A stretch of 59,243 nt of DNA, counting the filler, from Basidiobolus ranarum (taxonomy: Eukaryota): NCBI GenBank assembly GCA_040143965.1. It is 10 parts of 10 records of this genome, joined end to end, with 100 filler letters (N's around TTAATTAATTAA, not from the genome) between each part and the next. Parts side by side here need not be neighbours in the genome. Positions count along the whole stretch, not along the records: positions 35,663 to 41,490 come from JASJQH010008366.1; positions 41,591 to 47,409 come from JASJQH010008367.1; positions 47,510 to 53,328 come from JASJQH010008368.1; 7 more parts are not named here. One strand, written 5' to 3'. Under the pieces are notes generated by a model that saw nothing but the letters and a program-made list of their open reading frames with translations, did not search any database and was not told where the DNA came from. Shown piece by piece: positions 37,979 through 50,502 of this stretch. Within the stretch, counting starts at the first letter, position 1; each line of letters starts with the position of its first letter. The translations under genes were made by a program, and so were the position numbers.

Positions 37979-40900
37979 AGCTTTCATCATCTTTTGAATG
38001 TGCCATAATGTCTAAAAGTACTTCTCTTAAATATACCACTACAGTAAAATAAACTGTTTCCAAAATGGTAAATAACATTGTGCCAGATAATGCCCAATCA
38101 TGCCAATTTGTGCTGGCACACTTTTCAGCCGGCCTGATCTGGCTCAATAAAATGGAACAAGTCTTTTAATCTAAAGCTGCATATGATATTAAAATCTAGT
38201 AGATAATAACTTAAGAACTCATAGTTCATTTGTATATGCTCACATTAGTTAGCAGTCAGTTTGCATGCTCAAAATATTGTGATTGATACTCTTATTGATA
38301 GATTTCTCAATTATCTATCTTTTCAGAATTGATATTATTTCTTCAAGCTTCTCCTAATCACCTCCTGTTTTCCTTACTCTATATAGCCATGGGTATTTTG
38401 ATCTAAGCTGCCTAATTGGCCTATTCAGTTGTAAAATTTTCAAGGATACATTCAAGTCAAAAATTTTGAGAATCTGAAAACTAGAGGCAAATGGCCCAAA
38501 TCAGTCACAAACATAGGCTAATGTAACTAATAAGCTGCAGGAGATTATATGACCAAAAAAATCGAAATAGCCAACTAACTAAGTAAGTTTTAAATATCCA
38601 CTCAGTCTGTGTAATTGGGCCATCAAGTTTACTAAGTTGGCAAGCTTCTTTCTTGTTGATGCTTTGGTCAGAGCTTTGTATTCTAACTCTCTGTCTATGG
38701 ATATTCCAGAAGTAAAACTTGTTCTTCAAGCTTTTCCTTCACAAAAAAAGCTTGAATGCAAATGCATTTGGATAAATGTAAGACTTGCTCCATGTGACCA
38801 GGTCAGATTGAATTGCTCAATCCAGCATGTTGAGACACTATTGGGCATGATCTGTTAGTTACCATGGCCAATTCCTATTACTCATGATTGAACTACAAGG
38901 AACAATTTGGCACCAACCCATCACATTCATACTTGATAATTTTTTTTGAAATATTATGCCAGCTCATACCAACTTATACAATTTAGTATTGGCAAATTGA
39001 GATTTTGGGTCACTGACAATGCAAGTTCATATGTTAGTTGTAAATGACCAATTATCAACTATGTAAGAACAAGATATTCATACCATAACTTACCCAATCA
39101 AATGTTCAACCAAGACATTTTCATGTTTATAGGCCAATCATTTATCTCTCACTCATACAATATCATGATCTTAAACTGGGCCCAACATATCCAGCATTAC
39201 AAAACACCAGCAGTTTTAGCATACCAGTGGCAAATTACAGTACTCTGCAATGGATTGATATGCAGTAGGATAGTCTTGATTAGGAATGCTTGATGCATCA
39301 ATCTCAGGTCACTAAGTTATGCACTCAAGCATACAAGCTTCTGATTGGGTGAGAATGTCAAAAATTGATCCATATTGAGCCAATTTGGCTGCACAAGCTT
39401 TTTATTGACAGACATTTTTCATACATTGTAGTGAAATTGGCTAAATTAATAGGATATTATTGCACAATTTTTGATATATGATAAATTTACACTCTCAGTG
39501 TCTCATAAAGATATTAGCAATCCTGCTCTAACTGAAGCAACTCATGCTATACTTAACTGTGATCCATGTTGATTACAGATGATATGCTAAACAGCAAAGA
39601 AAGGATGAAGTAACTAGTATTAGGAGCATTCAGCAGTTGTCCAGGTTTAAAGTTATAAATGCTTATTTTCTACTGCTAATTTTGTTGTCTCCTAGATATT
39701 ATCACCAAAGGAAATCTGCTTATACCTCTGCATTGGGTTTGTTGGTTTGATCCTGCTGAAATCCCTCTATCTTGGCCAGCATGAGTGGTGGCTTGAGATC
39801 AATGTGCCATGGTATGTGTTGGCTTATCCAGTCTAGTTTGCAATATATTTGTATCTACAGTGTGTTATTTAGATGTGAAAATTTCACTTTTTAGATCAAC
39901 CTGCCATTGCTGCTGGTGTGCAGTTCTATGCTTCTACCCCAAATCTCCTTCATGAGGTTTGTGCTCGACAGTTATTGATTCCTCAACTATGGTAGAGGCT
40001 TAGTTTTTTACAACTGGCCATGGCCATGGTCATATTGTGGTACAAGTAGGAGCAAGCTGTATACCTTGTGGCCTATATTTGGTAGATATCTTTCTTCAAA
40101 CACAGTAGAAGATTCTACTCTTTTGACTGGTTGTTACCATTGTTGCATGGCAGTATGAGTTGAAGCAAGTCATTTACCTTGAGGCTTGTGTTTGGCAGTT
40201 ATTGTCTCTTCAACCAAGGTAGCAGTTTCATCCCTCTCAACTGGCTGTGATTTCAGTCACATCATGAAACAAGTCAAATATACTGTCTACATTGAGACTT
40301 GTGTTTGAATGTTGCGGCTTCTTCAAACTCAGTAAGAGCTTCACAATCTCTCTCAAAACCTGTTGTCCTGGCCTTGTGGGGGTGCATGTTATAACAGATT
40401 GCTAACTTAGTGGTTTGCTCTCAGGCATCTGTTCTTCATTCAACAATTTGGAAGGTTTAACAATTCCTGCAGTTGGCATTTATTTCTGTCATGTGGTAGT
40501 TCACATTAAACTTGAATGCTTGTCTGGTGGCATGCTCCTTAGAGATGACTCTTTTCCAGATGTAAAAAGCTCACTGGTTTGTTTGGTTGAATCAGGTACA
40601 TCATGTGCAATGATGCATGAGAATGCAGGTCTTCCTCTGGGTGTTTCTGAATTGACAACTTGCTCTTTGTCAACAACAGGATGAATATCATAGATTCTAA
40701 CAAGCTGGAATTGCCAACCATACATACTACTTGCAGATGAGCCAACTTGTTGGGCCCTTATCCATTTTGGATATATTACTTCAATTCTGGTGCTGAGTTG
40801 TGTAGAATCATCTTATGTAATAGATATCTCACCAGGAGTCTCATCAACTTGCAGTTATTTAGTATGTCTGTGTAATGATCTGGACTACTCCAATTTGCCT

Positions 40901-41490
40901 TCCAGAATATACTCTGTTTCAAATAACTGTCCGGGTCTTCCCTTTACATCTCTGTTGATTACTCTTGCTATATGTCCTGAAATGTTGTTTTGAACTCTGC
41001 ATACCTGGGCATATGTAAAATCATTAGATGTGCACAGTGTCATGCCACCTACATCTTGATTTGACTGTACATTCAAAACTTTGGAAGTGGTGGTTTCCTG
41101 TATCAAAATTAGATGTGAGTCAGGAAGTATACATTTTGACCTGATATGCAACCACCATGTATATCAATGATGTGTGACTTTATTGGTTTCTATCAGAATT
41201 AGGGATCTTTCTATATCATGGCTTAAAACATGAATATTTATTTTCTGTGGTGTGTTCAAGCATAATAGACTTGTTGCATTTTATTGAGCCAGATCAGGCC
41301 AGCTAAAAAGTGTGCCAGCACAAATTGGCATGATTGGGCACTATCCGGCATGATGTTATTTACCATTTTGGAAACAGTATATTTTACTCATGTGGTATGT
41401 TTAAGAAAAGTACTTTTAGACATTATTACACATTCAAAAGATAATGAAAGCTTTATTCATAGTGTCTTAAGTCTAGAGCTCTCAATGGAT
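37941..41490. repeat. 224-bp inverted repeat pair (37941-38164 / 41267-41490)
   Basis: The same pseudo-ORF MSQIRPA(E/K)KCASTNWHDWALSG appears on opposite strands; the right arm runs to the contig end. Confidence 0.9.
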
Positions 41491-41590
41491 NNNNNNNNNN
41501 NNNNNNNNNNNNNNNNNNNNNNNNNNNNNNNNNNTTAATTAATTAANNNNNNNNNNNNNNNNNNNNNNNNNNNNNNNNNNNNNNNNNNNN
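41491..41590. other. Artificial contig spacer
   Basis: N44-TTAATTAATTAA-N44. Confidence 0.99.
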
Positions 41591-44500
41591 AGCTTGGTTA
41601 GTAAGAATTTTTACATATTATGTGTCACATATGCTCAAATATCTTACCTGTTTAGTCTGAGTTTCTTAAAATCAAACACCTTGTTAAACATTTCAAGTTT
41701 GGCTTCGTATGTGACTGGGAGCTATATATATATTATACCAGCAAAAGCTGAGATACAGTTTGGGTTAAGCACTATGAACCCCCACTTCAGTGAAGGCACA
41801 GGACATAATGAAAACAAGCAAGGAAGTTCTTGTTTTTGTTCTTCATCTTGTTTTTTTCTTGTCCCTGCTGTTGTTCTGGTTGTTGGTGTTCGTTCTTTCT
41901 CATAAGTCTAGCCAACATGGGAATATACGCCCCAGGAGAGGCACACAAGCTTACAAGCGCTACAGGTTTAGGCATATCTGTTAACAGCAAATCGTTACAT
42001 ATCTCTTCAATAGCTGGTTTTTTATCGTTGTAGTCTTCAGGAAGTGCATCTGGTCAGGCTGGAGTTCCTCCACAAACGTATAGATAGCAGTATGAATGAA
42101 CAATTTTATTTATGAGACCTTTGTTTGGCTAAATACAGAATGAATGGGTTATTTTGGAAAGAGGAATAATATAATTTTGTATGTATATTTACGTTTTTGC
42201 ATAATTTCATAATATCATACACAATGGATGATTTAATTCTGGATTCGAAACACTCTACAATAGCGTTTGTGTAGACAGTAGTAGTTTCGACGCACTCAGC
42301 AATTGGACAATTAGAATAACCACTGACAGGTGTCATCTCATAAGTGAACTTTTATGACCGCTTTGACGACAGCTTGAGCATACAGCTATGCTCTCTACTT
42401 GTTGAACCTCACTACCCTTTCGTTTTGCATCAAGTTTTTGCCGTTTTGACTCATTTTTTTCATATCCAGTAGGTTTTATGCTTTGTACCGACTACATTAT
42501 GTACATGGGTATTAGATATTGCTATTATATCTTCTATGTATCATGTATAATATCGTCTTTAAGTTTTACTTTGTTCCTCTTTATCTCTTTTTTACGCTTC
42601 CAAACCCTTTTTGATATATCATGGATTTTTTCTTTAAACATTTACTTTATAGGTAGTTATATTGCTAAAAAGTAAGAGAAAGTGAGGGAGGAATGTAGAG
42701 ATATGCAGATATACGGTAGACAGGAAAAGCGTTTCAAAATATTTTTCAATTGTCCCCAATTTTTTTTAATAACGTCCCAAACCCAACCTAAAATACTGTA
42801 GTTTACTTGAATCTGCTCAGCTGATTTGATATGATATTTAATCAATACAAGTCACATGGAATTCGCCTTACGAAGCTTTAGAATTTGAATTGACCTTCAC
42901 ACTGTTGGTCAATTTGCAACCGAGTTGATCCAGTTAGGTACACAATAACCTGATTATTTGTTGATGACAGTGCGTCTCCTTTCCGTTAGTAACTCATGTG
43001 CAATATCCAATACACAGACTGTTGATTGGATTGAATTTGCACCTTCTTCAGGACTCCTCATTGGTAACAATAGGATTTCTAGATGCTTTGTTTGTAGTAT
43101 GGATCAAGGCCTACGATCCAGATTTTGACTCAGGCCTATATTAAGGGCTATGATAGGAAGTTGGAGTAGAGCATGTTTGACTGATCTAACGAGTATTAGT
43201 CCACGCTGCCCAAGCCTGTTCTTACTTGGAGGTGGATCACTTGATTCTGTTATGAAACTTCATTAACACTGTCCAGCTTTCTATTTCTACGTCATTGAGA
43301 TGAAACAATACGAAACAGGTCCAGAATTTACGCTCAAGAGACATCAAGGGTGTCGCGGGAGCGGTGAAAGATAATTAGCACTACTTGGGGAAATTGATGT
43401 ATCTTTTGAAGGCAGTAAGTAGGCTATATTTGACGTTCCACCCACTACTCACTCCATGACCGATATCAATCGACGACTCGTTGATTTGTCCTTTGAAACA
43501 CATGTGTTTGATTAGGAATAATCGGGTAGAGGCAATATTGCTTCAAAAACTCTAGCTCTTGCTTGGATGGAACAGAGGTCGGACAATGTTCCCATGTCAA
43601 ATGGGTAAAAATGACTATGGCTTTGTGTTATACAATGGTGATTCAAATTAACCTACCTGTTCCCATTTCCTTTGTCTAATTTGGTCTGATATTGAAAACA
43701 AGTATTGCTGTAGAGAAGTGATGAACATGTGAGGTTATTACGAATACGCGAATCTATCCGGATTGATTCATTCTACTAGCGTTTCACAATTCCAGTGCTG
43801 ATATGATGAGGCATGTTGGTGAACCCATCACCTGAATCAAATGGTGTTCCCATCATGGATTGTGATGGGTTCCAGTTTTCTAAAACAGTATTGATTTGCA
43901 ATTGTTATTGCTGCTTTGAATGATCTCTAGGTGGAGGGTAGGTTGGAATCAGGAAATGCGTCACACATCTTATCAAGGTTTATGAGTGCGTTTTAAGTAC
44001 TCTACTTGACACATCTAATAGGTGGAGTATCTAGTTTACTCTAGAAGAAAGGAAAGATCCGGGAAGGTGATTTTTCCGAGTTAGAAACGGAGCACTTTTG
44101 TTCCTGTTGTGGGTATGATTATTAATGGAATTTAATTACTAAATCCTGAGATGGTTTCTGCACAGTACTGGCAAATGTGGTGTACCTTTAGAATAATGAA
44201 AAAACTGCTAATTTTAAATTCACTCATATTCTGTAGTTTATTGCTTCAGAATCACCATCAATCTTCAGTACTGATTATGAAAAGCCTGTTCAACTCTTTC
44301 CACAGTGAGGGATTTTGAGACTACTCGCGGAGGTTCCATGTACATCCTTCAACTCAAAGTCAATTCTTTCATTCATTTGAAGCTTCTTTACGATTTCCTT
44401 AGCTACATAATGTGAGGTCTGATTAGTGGCTTGGATGGCAAGTCCATCTTTGAATCATAAATTTAAACTAATATCAAAATATATTCTATTCAATAAATTT

Positions 44501-45003
44501 ACATAAGGATATATCTTTTAGGTCATTGTCTAGAACTCTTCCGGATTGGACCATAATCCTAAATACAGTCTTCTTTACTAGGATCTCAGTGTCAAGTACT
44601 TCATGCACACCTTGGTGCCAGGAAGCTAGTTGCTAAGACACTTGGTTCTCTCACGTTCAGTTTTATCGATATTGGAGAGTTTGATGAAAATGCATATTAC
44701 CAGTATACTTTAATGGGTTAACTTGATTTCAATGGTTGTCCATGTCTATGGCTAGTACGAGTAATCGACCTCTCTTAATATATCCTCAGATGCTTTTGAC
44801 TCTAGATTCTGCAGTGAGGATGCCGAAATTAACCATTATATGTTAATCAAATGAGGCGATTTTTCAATAGACAATTGGGGAGTCACATGCTACTGCATGG
44901 GATAAATCCTTATGACTAGGGAAAAAAGGAGCAAGTGGACTTTTCAAACTAAATTGATTACTTTCCCTACGTTTTCTTCACAAGTTCTTATACTTCAACC
45001 AAT

Positions 45004-45593
45004 ATGAAGTACTCAATATATTTGTTAATTTTATCTCTTCTAAGTCTTGTTAAAGCTTACATCATCCCACAACACCTATTTCAAGATACTTCACTAAACA
45101 TCCAACAACCCCCTGGTTACGTTGAAGTGATTCAGGATGGAAATCCTACTCTAGGTGATATCATCCCAACTGATAAATCGTTGGGTACATTTTTGGACGC
45201 ACTTATGAGATTCCCAGACCTGGTAAAGGGTAATTTAGAATTTCTGGTCCCTTCCAAGTAACTTACAACCATTCAATTTAGGCCAATGTTGTATTTAACG
45301 CTGAAAATGAGCTTACTGTAGTTGCACCAGTTAATTCTGCTTTTCAAAAAACCAATATTGCGGAACATTTCGATGATCTTCATGAAATTGTGGCCTCACA
45401 TATCATCACCAAGATAGTTAGCTTGGACTCGTTAAAGGATGGGGCTGAGCTTCCAACTCTTAACCAGAATAAACCAGTCAGAGTCGATAAAGTGGATGGA
45501 AGATGGGTGATAAATGGGAATGCTCACTTAGTAGATAAGGTGAAGAAGGCCAGTAACGGCAATCTTTACAAAATTGATGCAGTTTTTCTTTGA
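45004..45593 (+). CDS. Secreted single FAS1 (fasciclin) domain protein; exons 45004-45222, 45282-45593
   Basis: Signal peptide MKYSIYLLILSLLSLVKA; H1 motif LTVVAPVNSAF, ASHII, and H2 motif ASNGNLYKIDAVF. Confidence 0.88.
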
Positions 45594-47029
45594 TCAAGAA
45601 CTATGTTTATATTGTGAATTATCTTTAGGTTAGTGTGATGTGATTGATTAAATATGTTAGTATTTGTTCCTACTCTTAGTGATGCCCGTTCTCTCTATAT
45701 CACTTCATTTACAACCCGTTGCCTATGTGGCAAGTTAGGGAATCATTAAGATCTTAGCCCATTTGTACTTGTCCAGTGTTTCTTGTGCATGATGAATGTT
45801 ACCAAACCAAATCCCATAAATTCGAATGTCGAAATCATTGGATAATGTTGAGCATGAAAGTCATTTATTCCATAAAAGGGAAAGAGAAGCATGCGCGAAG
45901 TAAGTCTCACTTCAGGTTAATGCAGTCATGTTGCTACTATCAGTCATCCCGTTGTATTTGGAAACAATAGGGGAAAGCATATTTATCTGCAAAGAAGTTG
46001 AAAATTAATGAGCTTGAAAAGCTTTGATCGAATCAGTAGATAATGCTAATACGATTTGTATCATGCGCGGAGCCAGTTATCCAATCGCTCTCAAATCTGA
46101 GGCATCATTGCCAACACTGGATGATTGATAGATGTTGATATTTCTTCAGTTGGAATGTCTGAGTGATTGTCTGATTCAGTTACATTTCACGGTTTAACTC
46201 AAACAAACCGAAGAATTGGATATTTAGAGAATACTTTGACTAATGATACGCTACAAAGTAGGGCTAAGTGGCAGTATTGCTACACAAACAAGGTAAAATC
46301 ACTGTCTAGCTTATACACTAAATGATATCACGAAATGGCTGAATACCTCCACTCGTATCTATACCCATACCAATACCCAGACCTACCCAGATCTATCCTC
46401 CTCCTTATCATAACTTTCAATCAAATCCACAACGTTCGTAGTTTCAGTTTAATCATCACGTTGCACTTCTACACCCTGCATCGACGCTTCTTGCTACTAA
46501 TTAATATAGAGTAGGTTGCTCTTTTAACAGGCAATGCACTTTATGATAACCATAGCGGAAACTATTTATGTGCGTTACGCAGTACAGTTCATTTAGTCCT
46601 GAATGTTGCAATAAATGAAATGCTGGGATGCTTCTTTTCCTTAAGGGGCCGTGGGCACTCTCGATCGTCGAATGAGAGTCAGTTTGGTCCTGAGACACAG
46701 CCAGACCTTTCGCTATGTATCTAGCATCTATTTCGAATTGATCTAGCAATTAACAGCTCCCCACTTTCTTATCAACTATGCCTTAAGGATTCTCAGTTGT
46801 ACGTGATCTGCACAGATATAGTTGCAGCTCTTCTTTCTATATAAACCACTCCACTCGGGATGTGGCGGATGTTGATGTAGTCCCAAATACTTTCTAACTA
46901 TCATCTGGTTCTTCCATATCATCTTATATACACCATTTCCTGGGTTAGAGGAAGCCTAAATATTTCTTTCAATTATTTATCTTAGTACATAGAATTGTTG
47001 ACATACCACCTTATTTTTCTCCTTCCAAG

Positions 47030-47409
47030 ATGCTTCTTTGGAGCTTTAGAGTTGTTTTTATTGGACTGATATTAGGCTTTTTTGTGGTTCATGGATATAT
47101 TATTGGTGATCCCTGTTCAGCACCAGTCTTTAGTTCACCTAATACAATAGGTCCTTGCCGTAACCATACGCTAGCTTGCGATCCAGACTTACAGCTTTGT
47201 GTATTACGAGGATGTCGAAGTGAAGAGTTCTCAGCCAACTGGCCACAAAATTGGCAACTCCCACCTCTTTGCAACAAAGACACAGAATATTGTCCTGACT
47301 CTCAGTTGAAATGTCAACCCAAAATCAAGATGGGAGATATCTGTTCACCTGGTAGAGATGATTCTTGTGATACATCTCAAGGAATTTGTTTAAACCAACG
47401 TTGTAACGC
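47030..47409 (+). CDS. Secreted/membrane Cys-rich fungal protein, 3'-truncated
   Basis: Signal peptide, then IGDPC, C..RGCRSEEF, LPPLC, YCPD...CQP...GDICSPGRDDSC; open to the contig end. Confidence 0.8.
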
Positions 47410-47509
47410 NNNNNNNNNNNNNNNNNNNNNNNNNNNNNNNNNNNNNNNNNNNNTTAATTAATTAANNNNNNNNNNNNNNNNNNNNNNNNNNNNNNNNNNN
47501 NNNNNNNNN
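47410..47509. other. Artificial contig spacer
   Basis: N44-TTAATTAATTAA-N44. Confidence 0.99.
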
Positions 47510-47626
47510 AGCGAGTTTGTCGATAAGGTGGAAGTCCTGGAGGAGGATAGGGCCATGAGGACCAGCAGTGATGGAGGTCTGATTGTTTTCGACTGGAGTT
47601 CCGTTGGTAGTAGTCAAGTTGGACAT
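47510..47626 (-). CDS. cat: Catalase paralogue 1, 5' end only
   Basis: [46 protein letters not shown] at 47677-47671. Confidence 0.92.
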
Positions 47627-47713
47627 GATTGAAAACGATGATGATATTGAGAATACAACAGATGGGATCCTTATATACAATCTACCCATATTCCAAGACC
47701 AAAGCTTAACAAC

Positions 47714-47730
47714 GGGCCCCCACAATATTC
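47714..47730 (-). promoter_or_regulatory. Shared catalase promoter motif, CreA/Mig1-like
   Basis: GAATATTGTGGGGGCCC on the minus strand; near-identical to 48601-48616. Confidence 0.5.
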
Positions 47731-48600
47731 TGCATCTCTACCTGGTGGCCCATATCACCATGATTTTAGGATAATATTCTTTAGCAAGTCTATCTTAACG
47801 AAAAGATCCTCGTGATTTATTACTGAATTTCGCAATATTGAAATAATTCCATTGCTAAGATGCAAATTAATCCATCAAAGCCACGACCATCAATTGTAAA
47901 AACTAAACTAGTTTGCAAGCATGATTATAGAATCAGCAAAAACAGATTAGATTTTAGTTTCGTACAGATTCATCTTAATGTATTGATATTGGTGCCTAAA
48001 TTGAATTATCAATTAAAGATTGAGTCAAATATATATCACACTTTCTGAGCCAGCAATAGCCAAGCTAGTCTTTAGGTGCGGCAAAAGATAGATGAATCGT
48101 GGGTAAATCAGTGATGCAAACTATCAGCTTATGTGACCCTTGAATTGAGACACTCTAAGCATCAGTAATGCTAGAAGCCACGATACCACACATGACGGCC
48201 ACTACCTACAGCTATTTGACTAGCGCTTTGTGAATGAGATGAATACTTGAATGAAAGAGTACTGTCCAGCTACAGAAGTTATGGCATTATGACTGTCGTC
48301 AATGATTCTGGAATGGTATTTCTGATTTTGGTGCAATAAAACCCGCAAGCCTATTACGTTAGAATTCACCTGCACAACATCAAAATTCAATATTATAAAA
48401 GGCGATAATCGCAAAAATATCATTTGACATTAATGATAGGGTGATGAGAATATTTTCTACTGACTAATAGATTTGAGGTGGTCCTGATTGAACTATTAGT
48501 GATTGATAATCTTGTTAAACGATCATCATATGGGAACTAACACAAAAGTCATTTCTTCACGTGGTATAGGTGAAATACATATTTCGCATCTCAAAACAGC

Positions 48601-48631
48601 GAATATTGCGGGGCCCTAGGACATATAAATA
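48601..48631 (+). promoter_or_regulatory. CreA/Mig1-like motif plus TATA box upstream of catalase
   Basis: GAATATTGCGGGGCCC followed by TATAAATA. Confidence 0.5.
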
Positions 48632-48709
48632 CATACCATCGGATCATTTGCTACTCAAGGTCTCTTACTTAGTGTAGTTACTTTTACCCTCTTTTATACC
48701 TTTAGTAAC

Positions 48710-50161
48710 ATGTCCAACTTAACTACTACCAACGGTAACCCCGTCGAAAATAACCAGACCTCCATCACCGCTGGTCCTAATGGTCCTATCCTTCTCCAGG
48801 ACTTCCACCTTATCGACAAGCTCGCTCACTTTGATCGTGAACGTATCCCCGAGAGAGTTGTCCACGCCAAGGGAGCTGGTGCTCACGGTTATTTCGAAGT
48901 AACCCACGACTTGACTTCTATCACCAAAGCCAAGTTCTTGAACAGAGTTGGAAAACGCACCCCCGTGTTCCTTCGTTTCTCTACCGTCGGTGGTGAGAAG
49001 GGTTCAGCTGATACCGCCAGAGATCCTCGTGGTTTCGCAGTCAAGTTCTACACTGAGGAAGGTAACTGGGATATGGTTGGTAACAACACACCAGTGTTCT
49101 TCATTCGTGACCCCATCAAGTTCCCCGATTTCATTCATACCCAGAAGAGAAATCCCGCCACTAACTGCCCAGATGCTGATATGTTCTGGGACTTCATCTC
49201 CCTCGTTCCCGAGACCATCCACCAAGTTACCATTTTGTTCTCTGACCGTGGTACCCCCGATGGTTATCGTTTCATGAACGGATACAGCTCTCACACCTTG
49301 AAGTTGGTTGATGAAGAGGGTAAGTTCAAGTATGTCAAATGGCATTTCAAGTGTGACCAAGGAATCAAGAACTTCACTGCTGAAGAGGCTGGCAAACTTG
49401 CTGGTCAAGATCCCGACTACGCCACTCGTGACTTGTACAACGCCATTGCCAAGGGTGACTATCCCTCATGGAGTGTTTACGTACAAGTGATGGATGCTCA
49501 AGAGGCTGAACAATACCGTTGGAATATCATGGATGTGACCAAGGTCTGGCCACACAAGGATTTCCCTCTTCAACCAGTTGGTAAGATGGTGTTGAACCGT
49601 AACCCTGAGAACTACTTTGCTGAAACCGAGCAAGCAGCCTTCTCCCCATCCCACACTGTCCCTGGTATTGATGTCTCCTATGATCGCATGTTGCAAGGAC
49701 GTCTCTTCTCCTATCCCGATACCCATCGTCACCGTTTGGGTGCCAACTACGCACAGATCCCCATCAACCAAGCCTACAACAGCCGTGTCGCTAATCAACA
49801 ACGTGATGGTCCAATGGCTGTCAATGGTAACTATGGATCTCAACCCAACTACGAGCCCAACAGCCACGCTGGACCCAAGCAAACTAACGTTGCTGCCAGT
49901 ACCTACTCTGTTCAAGAGGTTAGTGGATCTGTTGGCCGCCACACCTATGCCCTTAGCGATGAAGACTTTGTTCAAGCTGGTGACTTGTACCGCTTGATGA
50001 CCAAGGATCAGAAGGATCGTTTGGTTTCCAACATTGTTGGACACTTGAAGAATGCCAAGAAGGAGATCCAAGCACTTCAAGTACAACACTTCAAGCGTGC
50101 TGATGTCGAGTATGGACGTCGCATTGAAGCTGGTCTTAAGGCTGCCGCTTCCAAGGCTTAA
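48710..50161 (+). CDS. cat: Monofunctional small-subunit heme catalase, 483 aa, intronless
   Basis: [18 protein letters not shown] active-site signature, [32 protein letters not shown], and the proximal ligand motif [15 protein letters not shown]. Confidence 0.99.
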   Translation: MSNLTTTNGNPVENNQTSITAGPNGPILLQDFHLIDKLAHFDRERIPERVVHAKGAGAHGYFEVTHDLTSITKAKFLNRVGKRTPVFLRFSTVGGEKGSADTARDPRGFAVKFYTEEGNWDMVGNNTPVFFIRDPIKFPDFIHTQKRNPATNCPDADMFWDFISLVPETIHQVTILFSDRGTPDGYRFMNGYSSHTLKLVDEEGKFKYVKWHFKCDQGIKNFTAEEAGKLAGQDPDYATRDLYNAIAKGDYPSWSVYVQVMDAQEAEQYRWNIMDVTKVWPHKDFPLQPVGKMVLNRNPENYFAETEQAAFSPSHTVPGIDVSYDRMLQGRLFSYPDTHRHRLGANYAQIPINQAYNSRVANQQRDGPMAVNGNYGSQPNYEPNSHAGPKQTNVAASTYSVQEVSGSVGRHTYALSDEDFVQAGDLYRLMTKDQKDRLVSNIVGHLKNAKKEIQALQVQHFKRADVEYGRRIEAGLKAAASKA

Positions 50162-50502
50162 ATTTCGTTGTTTAAATTCTTGATCAATCAGCGTATCAAG
50201 CCCACTTAACACTGTTAAATCCCACCACTCATGCATATATATTCCTGAATAGCAAAGTTTGCTTTAAATCACTACAAAACTCATAATAAATACTGAATGT
50301 TCTTCATTTTCGAAAAGTTTTGTGTATATTACAGCAAATGCTTCTTAGTTTTATCTGTATTCGCTGCCTCTATCTACAATATTGGGCGTTAAATAATCGA
50401 TAATGTGGAGTTGCTTATTTGCAATGAAATGAAATTTATTTGTAAAGGAATACTTGAAATAAGACTTCTGTACTGCGTGGTATAGTTATTCCATTTGAGC
50501 AT

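Noticed and set aside
38400..39400. Faint resemblance of minus-strand fragments to KDZ- or Crypton-type transposases
   Set aside because: Too degraded; catalytic motifs cannot be identified by eye.
41594..42336. Possible spliced minus-strand gene with an in-frame TGA near 42053 (selenocysteine or readthrough?)
   Set aside because: No selenoprotein motif, SECIS or recognisable homology; more likely a decayed gene or a chance frame.
42900..44700. Coding-like minus-strand fragments
   Set aside because: Interrupted by stops, with no recognisable domain.
48719..50236. Long antisense and alternative-frame ORFs over catalase (e.g. 49466-50236, 256 aa)
   Set aside because: Shadow ORFs caused by the strong codon bias of a highly expressed gene.
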